Assembly (NCBI GenBank): GCA_938030905.1
Contig: CALHIW010000001.1
Location: 1 to 44,811 of the forward strand
Origin: Candidatus Methanomethylicia archaeon
GTDB taxonomy: Archaea > Thermoproteota > Methanomethylicia > CALHIW01
Length of the DNA: 44,811 nt
Direction of reading: 5' to 3'
The notes beneath the pieces are model-generated. The model had not been told where the DNA came from. It ran no database searches and saw only the letters and a program-made list of their open reading frames with translations. Below are positions 19,775 to 28,193 of the stretch, piece after piece (positions within the stretch are counted from its first letter, which is position 1; each line of letters starts with the position of its first letter). Both the position numbers and the translations under genes were made by a program.

Positions 19775-19877
19775 ATATTTCCTTAACTATAAAAACTTAA
19801 CACAAAATGGTGGTTGTACCTGACAACCATTTTCCGCATTTAGAAAAGATTTATAAACCTCTAATCAAGATTATTTG

Positions 19878-20462
19878 ATGAGTCTAGAATCAAATAGAAT
19901 CTTAGGCAGTATAGGTGCAATATTAATTGCTATTGGTTTTTCGACTCCATTTTCAGGCTATATTGGTATTCTTAGTCTTGTCGGTATAATACTTGTGCTG
20001 GTAGCTATGAAAGGTCTAGCAGAATACTACAATGAAAGAGGTATATTTCAAAATGCGCTTTATGGATTTATCTTCGGAATCATAGGATTCATAGTTGTAA
20101 TCGTATTCGTAATGTTCTTTGCAACGTTTTCTATACGAGCCATGTGGAGAGCAGTAAGGATACCAACTGAATTTACAAGCGTTACTCTAATTGTAGGTCT
20201 AATCCTTGGTTTAGTTGTACTTGTTATATTTCTTGTTTTGCAAGCTATATTCTATAGAAAATCATTCAATCTCCTTGCTGAAAAATCTGGAGAGAAAATG
20301 TTTAATACTGCTGGGCTGCTAATGCTAATAGGCGCTGTTTTAACAGTAATAGTCATAGGAGCAATTCTATTGCTCATTGCTTGGATTCTAGCTGCTGTTG
20401 CATTTTTCTCCATTAAGGCTCCAGCAATCCAGCCAATATTACCCCCACCACCCCCAACATGA
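19878..20462 (+). CDS. Small polytopic membrane protein (DUF996-like)
   Basis: ORF of about 194 aa (ATG at 19878, one codon after the TTG of the track) with 5-6 hydrophobic helices and a C-terminal PPPPP tail. The family assignment is from memory of archaeal DUF996 proteins. Confidence 0.55.
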   Translation: MSLESNRILGSIGAILIAIGFSTPFSGYIGILSLVGIILVLVAMKGLAEYYNERGIFQNALYGFIFGIIGFIVVIVFVMFFATFSIRAMWRAVRIPTEFTSVTLIVGLILGLVVLVIFLVLQAIFYRKSFNLLAEKSGEKMFNTAGLLMLIGAVLTVIVIGAILLLIAWILAAVAFFSIKAPAIQPILPPPPPT

Positions 20463-20937
20463 CATCTTAACGCCCTATTTTTTAACCAAATTAAACAAGG
20501 CTTAGAATTGATTAATTTAAGATGCAAGGAAATGGAGCATCAATAGTTAAGTGATTTTCAACATATTCTTGGCCCAAGTCTCCATATACGCTATAGTATT
20601 TTGGATGATTTTTGTTAAGCCTAAGTCTTAGCTTTAACATGCCTGACAGTTATATACAGTTAAATCACTCAACTCATCTTAAATTGTTTACAAACTTTTT
20701 CTAACTTAAGGATTATTACTGGCTTGACTACCTCTACTTGTATGAATTACTGGTTAAATGTGTATTTGATGCTTACTATAAGTCTTTAAATGTATTGATT
20801 TAGAAGGTTTTTGAAAGGCTTGTAATTGATGATTTGGATGCTAGGAGAAAACTAAACACTAATACCATACTATGATAAATGAATAAATATTATAGAGGAA
20901 TTTAGTATTTGCATTATCAGTATATGTAGACTAGAAT

Positions 20938-20962
20938 ATCCAATATACTCAGTATATTGGAT
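20938..20962. repeat. Perfect 12+1+12 palindrome ATCCAATATACT-C-AGTATATTGGAT
   Basis: Verified base by base. A third half-site, ATCCAATA, lies at 20968-20975. The palindrome is intergenic. Confidence 0.6.
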
Positions 20963-21187
20963 GGTTAATCCAATACGATGTGGGAATAGGATAGAGTTAG
21001 CAATGAAATTATAGCTAAGCTAAACATTAAGCTTCAACTATGCAGTATTTCTAATACTTAATGAAAGCTATACGATATAGGAGGAGTAGGTTGCTGTAGA
21101 ATTAAAAGGTTTGGAAGTAATAAAATGTTGTAATTTAATCTCTGAATTAAAATTCTTCATCTTCATATCGTTATGATGATTTATTAA

Positions 21188-21757
21188 CTATGCTTTATCT
21201 CTTGGTTTAGCTATAATCTCCCTAATAATCATATCGAATATTCTTGTTGAGTTTGCTGGTTTAATAACTATAGCCGTATCAGCTCCTTTACTAGTTCCAG
21301 CTATACTTATTACATCTCTATCTACTGGTATCAAGCCAGCATCAGCAGCCATTGCTGTAATTTCAACGGCAACTTTTATACCTCACAGAAAAGCCTTAAG
21401 GTCTGCGCCATTATTTCTATCGGATATGCTGTGTTAAACTTACTCCTTATAGCTCTTTAAACATTTGTAAAGACATGTGTTCCAGTAAATATTTTACCAC
21501 CATTCGCCTCTATTACTCTACGATTTTCCTCACTTAACTCCTGCCTTCCCGGCTCTCTAAAGCCAGTATGATGAGTCACAACAATTAAATTCCTTAAAAA
21601 TCTTCGAAGCCTTAACGCCAGTTTCACCCCTAACAGATGCAACAACAATATCTCTTATCCCCAGCTCCTCCTCAGCCCTCCTCCTTGCTAGAGCTAAAAC
21701 AGTCTCAGTATTATCTTCACCCGGGCTACTAAAATAAACTATAGTCTTCTCAATCAT
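21188..21757 (-). pseudogene. Disrupted gene for a stand-alone pyruvate kinase C-terminal (alpha/beta) domain protein
   Basis: Three fragments lie in shifting frames: MIEKTIVYFSSPGEDNTETVLALARRRAEEELGIRDIVVASVRGETGVKASKIFKEF, then [69 protein letters not shown], then [64 protein letters not shown]. This implies two frameshifts and one in-frame TAA. Confidence 0.75.
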
Positions 21758-21829
21758 ACTCACAGAATCACACCAATTTACAATTACAAACATTTATTAA
21801 AATCTTTCATACACATTCACCACCTCAGC

Positions 21830-22420
21830 TTTAGATGTTTATATCGTTTTCCACATCTCTCATGAGGATTTTATTTTATCTATGTCTTAATCATTTTACA
21901 TGGTACTTACTGTTGGTGATTTATATGTTTGTTGATTGTGGTATGCTGTATTATTCTTTTGTTTGTTTTGATGCTTCTATGTTTATTGTTGATTGATTAT
22001 GCTTCATATAAGTGTTTATTGCTTTCCAATTTATATTTATCAACTTAATATTTTGTTTGCATATAGCATTTAGTATAACATTTAATGCTAGACTTCTAGA
22101 ATCTTGTAGATATAAGATGTCAAATTTTACGTTAAATATGTATTATACTATTCTATACCTCAAATATAATCTATATAGTAAGTGATTATAGCTACTCATC
22201 AAAATATCAGCATAATAATAAGTAATGTACTACCAAATTCATGAATCCATCCAATACTCATACCCTACCCCCAAGAGCTACACCTAAAGTAGGTTAATCC
22301 TACAAATATGAATAATACTCTTACTCCTACGAAGAAACCATAATTACTAATCATACCAATCCAATATAGAGTAAGAACATTACTTACTTAAACTTCTAAA
22401 GTTGCCGGGCATCCAAACTA
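21830..22420. repeat. Probable degenerate copy (C) of the foldback repeat family; boundaries approximate
   Basis: The left part is GT-rich, and TTGATGCTTCTATGTTTATT (21968-21987) matches TTGATGCTTCTCTATGTATTTTT in E (10562-10584). The central TCATGAATCCATCCAATACTCA (22239-22260) matches CATGAAT...CATCCAATCAAC in A (9854-9879). CCCTACCCCCAAGAG (22263-22277) matches CCCACCCCAAGAC in A (10028-10040). Confidence 0.35.
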
Positions 22421-22876
22421 CTTACAAGTTAGCTTAAGCCTCAATGGGGTGTAAATCATCTAGTATAAGAATTTAGCAAGACTATATTTATTACTGAAGG
22501 ACCCCAGTTAAACCGTAAATACTATCCTGTACTTTAAGTTATCTTGATTATTCACTAAGCCTCCAACTACTTTAGGTAATTGGATGTTTATATAGGGGAT
22601 TCTTACTCAGCTTCGCAGCTCTCTCCTCCACAATTCTAATATCTCCTAAACTCTAAAGCCCTAACTCCTGAATATAAAATGTACTGCTAAACTACTATAG
22701 AATAAATATTTTCTCATGAAATACGGTTGTAGACATAAAGCAAATATTCCTAAAGTAATGAAACCGTAATATTGGCTCTGTGAACTTGTATGAAACATAT
22801 ACGTGGTTAATGATTAGGTTCACAATACGTAAATTAAATATATATATTTGGTACTCTACAATTATTGGGAGTAAAA

Positions 22877-23101
22877 ATGGTTATTGCCTGTATCTTGGTT
22901 TGCTGTGAAGCTGGCAAATTTAAGGAAGTTATTGAGGAAGTGAGGAAGATTACTGGTGTTAAAAGGGTATTTGGTGTTCATGGGCGTTGGGATGTAGTTG
23001 TAGAACTAGAAGCTTTGGATCTTAAAGCATTAGGTGAAACTGTATTAAAGCTTCATGGATTACTGGGGGTTAGAGCTACAGAAACCCTTATAGGTTTCTG
23101 A
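22877..23101 (+). CDS. Stand-alone RAM (Lrp/AsnC ligand-binding) domain protein
   Basis: 74 aa counted from the ATG at 22877, with GGGAG 5 nt upstream. The beta-alpha-beta-beta-alpha-beta pattern MVIACILV...GVKRVFGVHGRWDVVVELEA...GVRATETLIGF resembles archaeal DM1-type RAM modules and lacks an HTH. Confidence 0.8.
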   Translation: MVIACILVCCEAGKFKEVIEEVRKITGVKRVFGVHGRWDVVVELEALDLKALGETVLKLHGLLGVRATETLIGF

Positions 23102-23110
23102 GGTGAGGGT

Positions 23111-23335
23111 ATGCAAGCCTGTATTCTAATTAGAGTTTTTCCTGGGAAGGGAATTGAGGTTCTAGAGGCTGTAAGGAAGCTTTTAGAAGTTAAAGATGCT
23201 TACCTTGTATTTGGTAGATATGATATAGTTGTTTTTGCTGAAGCTCCAACCTTTGAAGCTTTAAGTGCTCTAATAGTTAAAATAAATGCAACTTCAGGAG
23301 TTAAAAGTACGGAATCTCTTATAGAAGTTAAGTAA
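23111..23335 (+). CDS. Stand-alone RAM (Lrp/AsnC ligand-binding) domain protein, tandem paralog
   Basis: 74 aa with GAGGTGA upstream. MQACILIRV...VKDAYLVFGRYDIVVFAEA...GVKSTESLIEV has the same fold signature as the preceding gene. Confidence 0.8.
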   Translation: MQACILIRVFPGKGIEVLEAVRKLLEVKDAYLVFGRYDIVVFAEAPTFEALSALIVKINATSGVKSTESLIEVK

Positions 23336-23355
23336 TCTAACTTAACCAATAACTC

Positions 23356-23361
23356 TTTTTT
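23356..23361 (+). terminator. Oligo-T tract downstream of the RAM gene pair
   Basis: A T6 run lies about 20 nt after the stop. Archaeal intrinsic terminators are typically T-runs. Confidence 0.3.
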
Positions 23362-24828
23362 CATAGCATTAGTTTATAGCTATTACTAGCTGGCTGAACT
23401 TATTTTTATTATGATATTCTACGACAAATGCATAGTGAGCAGATATACTCTCCACATCAGTAAAGAAAATATTGCTTAACATCGTATACTAAGAGATTTT
23501 TAAAATACTTAAGCTAATTCTCTTTGTTTTTATGTCTGATGTGTATTCTATGCCATGATGAGATCAATTATGCCATTGGTTAATGAGTGGAATGTGAGGC
23601 TCTTTAGTAAATCATCCTACCAAAACTCATTGAGAAAGTTAGAAACCTTAAAAAGAAGATTTAGAGCCTAGAGAAAAACATATAACCACTCTACTAAGAG
23701 ACGAGTGTAAGTAGTATACATGCTCTATAATTATTTAAAAGCTAGATTTAAGCTACTTCCTCTAGTAGTTTACATAAGTTCTGCCATGGCTTAATTATGA
23801 TATTTTGCTAAGCTATACAGGCTCTACTAAGTCATAAACTTTAAATCCTACAATAAGCTTTAACTGAATCCATAAACTAAGCAATAGAAACCATTCTCTA
23901 AATCATATTAGAATATTTTATACTCAGCTCCCTTGTAGACCACTTCATGAAGCTTCCTCCGCTAGATATCATATTCATCTTGAAGATATTCCAAGCATGC
24001 TTTAACCATTTATTAGGTTCCAACTTGAATTTACAAGTTCATCCAGTAGTAAGTTGCTTAATTCATAAACTCCACCAGTAAATCTTGAGTGAGAGTAATA
24101 AATCCCTAATAAGCTCTCGGTAAACATCCTCTCCTTGCTGTTGACAACCTTAGTGCTCTAATATAAAGCTAAATCTTGCAGTATATCTAGTGACTTCTTA
24201 TCTTCATCAAGCCTGTTTACATCATTACCTAGAATTACAGTAACTTCATAGTCTTTAAATCTAGCATACATAAAGGAATCTATCTAAGCTACTCTTCCGC
24301 TTTGGTTATGAAATACAGCTCTAGTTTAATATTCTAGTAATAGTTCATCTATGCGCTACAACCACCCCCTCTAAACTCTGAAATTTCTAAATACTAACAA
24401 ATATAGATGAGAATAGTTCAATTCCCTTTTTGAGCGGTTCTTGAGTAATGAGTTGTTTAAATAAGGAATAGCTAAAATCTGATAGTTTAAGAGCTTTCCT
24501 ACAAAACACTCTGATGAGGTGTACTCATTGAAAAGTTTACAACTCTCAAACAGGCACCTCCTTGGTAGTTAAGCATCTTAAAATAGCTCTGATAATGCAT
24601 AGAAACGTTTCCCCAGTAGAATCCTCACTCTATCTGATTTGGCTAAGCCCCCAGGAATTACCGCTGGATATAATCTTTTTTATACCATATATTACGTACC
24701 TTTTAAAAGAGCTGGTGAGCAATCATATTTAGGAAGTCAACTTATAGGGGACTTTAGGCAGAAATCTCACTGTGTATCCTTAATTCCATCCATCTTATCT
24801 ATACCTACTTACCTCTTTAGTCATTTAC

Positions 24829-24867
24829 GAATTCACTATTTTCTCCATCTCGGAGAAAATAGAATTC
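24829..24867. other. Strong intergenic hairpin (11-bp perfect stem, 5-nt loop, plus a 5-bp extension after a 2-nt bulge)
   Basis: The sequence is GAATT-CA-CTATTTTCTCC-ATCTC-GGAGAAAATAG-AATTC, checked base by base. Confidence 0.6.
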
Positions 24868-25129
24868 TGAAGATAATAGGAGGATTACCAGGTTTTAAAC
24901 TCTAGATTATTTTGATGTACTTACCTAAGGGGATAGAGGCAAAGCTCTTATTATTCACAGTTAGAAGAGTATAAACTCAAATTCATAGGAGCAGCATTAA
25001 GAAGGAGGCTAGTCATTAAAATAATCCTCTCAGTACCATCAGCATTCAATATAACCAATCAGTAAAGGATTGAGGGAACTAGGTTAAAGTATATAAATAT
25101 GATGTAGTGAAGTATACTATGTATTTATT

Positions 25130-26440
25130 ATGAAGTCTAGAGAGAGACTTTTAACCGCGTTAAGGCATGAGGAGGCGGATAGAGTTCCAATAGATTTAGG
25201 GTCTACTGATGTTACTGGAGTAAACTGTTTAGTGTATAGAGAGCTTAGGAGATTTTTTAGTTTACCTAGTAAGCCTATTAGACCCCTGATTACTGGTGGT
25301 TCAGATCCATCGCTTTTCACGTTTTATAATATGGTTGCTGAGGTGGAGAAGGAAATTTTGGATACACTACATATTGATGTTATCTCAATTAATAGAACTT
25401 TAGAACCTACATTAGATGTTAAAAAACTCTCTAAAGCATTTATTAATAATAAGTGGCAAATTACAGAAGTAAAGTTTAAACAATGGTATTGGGGGGAGTG
25501 GGACTTAACTATAGAGATACCGGACTATATAGATATAGTTGAAAATGGAGACCGCTATATAGCTAAGCTAGGGGGCCGGGAGCATGCTGTGGCTCCTAGA
25601 AAAAGCTTCTACTTTGATTCAAGACGTTTCAGTACACCTCTAAAAAATGTTAAAGATATTGCTGAGGTTAAAGACTTTAACTGGGATTCTTATAAGATTT
25701 CAGATTTAGTTCTTGAGGATCTTAGAAGAAGAGCTGAACACCTATATAAAAACACAGATTATGGACTAGTATACTTTAGATTGGGGAGTATACATGCTTG
25801 GCCGCAGGATTTAAGAGGCTGGACTCAGTGGTTATCTGATTTAAGGTTAAGAAGAGCTCTAGCTGAAGCTATATTAGATCAAGTTATGGATGTCGTTATG
25901 TATAATACTAGGAGAATTGTTGATGCCGTAGGACACTATGTACAGGTAATAGGCTTAGCTGATGATCTTGGAACTGAGGAAAGCCCTCAAATATCAGTTC
26001 AAATATTTAATGATATTTATAAGCATAGATATGAAACGATCTTTACATATATAAAGAGATACAGTAAATCATATACGTTTCTTCATAGTGATGGAGCTAT
26101 ATATCCATATATTAAGGAACTTATTGATGTAGGACTAGATATATTGAACCCCATCCAGATATCTGCTAAGGGTATGGATCCTGAAAAGCTCAAGAAGGAG
26201 TTTGGAGAGCAATTAACGTTTTGGGGTGGTAGCGCAAATACACAGCACATACTACCATTTGTAGAACCAGAAGGAGTTATAGAACATGTTAGGAAGCTCA
26301 TAGAAATATTTGCTCCTGGAGGAGGATATGTGTTTGCCCCCATACATAACATTCAGCCAAATACACCATTGGAGAATATAGTGGCGATGTTTAAGACAGC
26401 ATATAACCATGGGAAATACCCAATAAAACAGATAGGTTGA
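25130..26440 (+). CDS. Uroporphyrinogen decarboxylase (URO-D) family methyltransferase (MtaA/CmuA-like, corrinoid-dependent)
   Basis: 436-aa ORF with the N-terminus RERLLTALRHEEADRVPID and a C-terminal GGGYVFAPIHNIQPNTPLENIVAM, typical of URO-D-fold methylcobamide methyltransferases. It is followed 12 nt later by a corrinoid protein gene. Confidence 0.75.
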   Translation: MKSRERLLTALRHEEADRVPIDLGSTDVTGVNCLVYRELRRFFSLPSKPIRPLITGGSDPSLFTFYNMVAEVEKEILDTLHIDVISINRTLEPTLDVKKLSKAFINNKWQITEVKFKQWYWGEWDLTIEIPDYIDIVENGDRYIAKLGGREHAVAPRKSFYFDSRRFSTPLKNVKDIAEVKDFNWDSYKISDLVLEDLRRRAEHLYKNTDYGLVYFRLGSIHAWPQDLRGWTQWLSDLRLRRALAEAILDQVMDVVMYNTRRIVDAVGHYVQVIGLADDLGTEESPQISVQIFNDIYKHRYETIFTYIKRYSKSYTFLHSDGAIYPYIKELIDVGLDILNPIQISAKGMDPEKLKKEFGEQLTFWGGSANTQHILPFVEPEGVIEHVRKLIEIFAPGGGYVFAPIHNIQPNTPLENIVAMFKTAYNHGKYPIKQIG

Positions 26441-26452
26441 TTTGAGTTATAT

Positions 26453-27088
26453 ATGAATCTTTTAAATCTTATAAGAGATTCCCTAGCTAGTCTTGATATG
26501 GATTCAACTCTAAAACATGTTAGTGAAGCTTTAAAACACAGTATTTCAATTATGGATATTGTTAATAGCTTGTCTGAGGGTATGAGGCTTATTGGTAAAA
26601 AATATGAGAATGGTGAGTATTTTATCGCTGAACTTACCGTAGCTGTAGAGATATTTAATGAAGCTATGAATATTTTAAAGCCAAAGATTTTAGGGGGGAG
26701 GGAGATGAAGCATATTGGGAAAGTTATTATAGGAACTGTTGAGGGTGATCTTCATGATGTGGGGAAGAATCTTGTTAAAACTGTACTGGAGGTAAATGGC
26801 TTTAAAGTTGTAGATTTAGGAGTAGATGTATCACCAGAAAGATTCGTGGAGGCAGTGAAACAATACAAGCCGGATATTGTTGGTATAAGTACTCTACTAA
26901 CATCAACAATGATAAATATAGAGAGAATAATAAAGGCGTTAGAGAGTAATGGCTTAAGAGATGAAATTAAGATTATTATTGGTGGAGCACCAGTAACACA
27001 GCAATTTACAGAGAGCATTGGAGCTGATGCTTATGGAGAAAACGCATTCAAAGCTGTTGAAATATGTAGGAAGCTGGTAGGGAAATAG
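26453..27088 (+). CDS. Cobalamin (B12)-binding corrinoid protein (MtaC/MtbC-like)
   Basis: 211-aa ORF with an N-terminal helical cap domain followed by a Rossmann-like B12-binding domain. It has the DxHxxG motif (EGDLHDVGKN), the ISTLLTSTM motif and GGAPV. Confidence 0.85.
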   Translation: MNLLNLIRDSLASLDMDSTLKHVSEALKHSISIMDIVNSLSEGMRLIGKKYENGEYFIAELTVAVEIFNEAMNILKPKILGGREMKHIGKVIIGTVEGDLHDVGKNLVKTVLEVNGFKVVDLGVDVSPERFVEAVKQYKPDIVGISTLLTSTMINIERIIKALESNGLRDEIKIIIGGAPVTQQFTESIGADAYGENAFKAVEICRKLVGK

Positions 27089-27329
27089 CTAAGTACTGTA
27101 AACCTCAAGAACTTTAATATTGTAAGCTATGAATTTCTAACATTCCTATTCTATATTAGGTATGGTATATTTAACATTCTCCTTATAGATTCTATTTCAT
27201 AATTGAATACTTTATGAATTGAGACATAGACTTGACAACATGGTAGTTTAAATGGATTTCTACATACATTATGCTGTTTAATATAGCTATCTATATAAAG
27301 GAAAATTTAATCAGTATACTTATGGTTAA

Positions 27330-28078
27330 AATGGTGCTATTTTATGGATTTCAATTTTGCTCTTACTAGATCTTTGTTAGTGGTTAGTTTATTATTGTTG
27401 TTAGCTTCTGTTTGGTGGTTAAACCCTCATCCAATCATATTAGGTGAAGAGTACTCATTCATATACGTTTAAGCTCGATTCAATTAATTTCTTAATCATC
27501 TTTTCAATTTTCTCAACAACTATGAATATAGTATCTTATTCCATGCAACATTCTCTATAATGCTTTTAATCTTCTACTTCTAGGTAGAAAGCCTAGAAGC
27601 TTAACTCTAAGTCATTACTTCTACTTTTCAATTCAGTCTTAACATAAACTCATCAACCTTAATAGGGTCATGTATTTTAAACTTCAATCAACTCTCTAAG
27701 TATCAATAATTCCTCCAGATACTCGATATGTAGCACAATTTATCCACTTCTGGAAGCTTAAGTACTAAGATATGTAGATATCCTAAAGATTAAGTAGAAC
27801 AATCTTTAGAAGTATTTCTTGATTGATTCTCTAGTTTCATTATTGAATGTTTAGGATACGACTTACAGCACTACTACGCTAAGTACCTCTACATTAACCC
27901 CCACCTAATAGCATTTGGGAACTATAATGAGAACACTAACATCATTAAATCATAAGCAAACTTAAGAGGGCAAGCAGCACAACCCTACTTAGAAGAGAAT
28001 AAGAAACCACATAAACTAAAATGAGTAAAGAAAATAAAACAACCAACAAAATACATAATAGGAGTATTAATCTAAATA
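27330..28078. repeat. Probable degenerate copy (B) of the foldback repeat family; boundaries approximate
   Basis: TTATTGTTGTTAGCTTCTGTTTGGTGG (27393-27419) matches TTGTTTTGTGTTGTTAGTGTTTCCTTGTTT in E (10478-10507). TAAACCCTCATCCAATCATATTAGG (27421-27445) matches the centre of A (9845-9885). The right arm is CA-rich, with AGAAACCACA, and ends GTATTAATCTAAAT, like the A terminus. Confidence 0.35.
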
Positions 28079-28163
28079 TATATGAATTAGTAGAAACCAT
28101 TACTAGAAGACTTAGAATTGAGATGTTAAGGTGGGTTACTATAAGCACTTGTAAATTAAATGT

Positions 28164-28186
28164 ATTCCATATATTTTATATGGAAT
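28164..28186 (-). terminator. Perfect 10-bp stem / 3-nt loop hairpin 8 nt downstream of the radical SAM gene stop
   Basis: ATTCCATATA-TTT-TATATGGAAT. A terminator role is inferred from position only. Confidence 0.3.
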
Positions 28187-28193
28187 TCCATGT

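Noticed and set aside
19373-21757. The idea that in-frame stop codons in broken frames reflect stop-codon reassignment
   Set aside because: Well-conserved genes (cdhA-E, cas, liv) terminate at TAA, TGA and TAG at the expected lengths with no internal stops. The clearest broken gene also carries frameshifts, so decay explains the pattern better than recoding.
24511-24534. CTGATGAGGTGTACTCATTGAAAA, which resembles the hammerhead ribozyme core (CUGAUGA ... GAAA)
   Set aside because: The putative stem II is only 3 bp (GAG/CUC). Extra nucleotides (AUU) separate it from GAAA, and I could find no stem I/III partners or cleavage-site triplet. It is most likely a chance match.
24639-24905. The 88-aa ORF upstream of the URO-D-family gene
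   Set aside because: It has a non-ATG start, odd composition and no motif. It contains the 39-nt hairpin, which is more plausibly the functional element.
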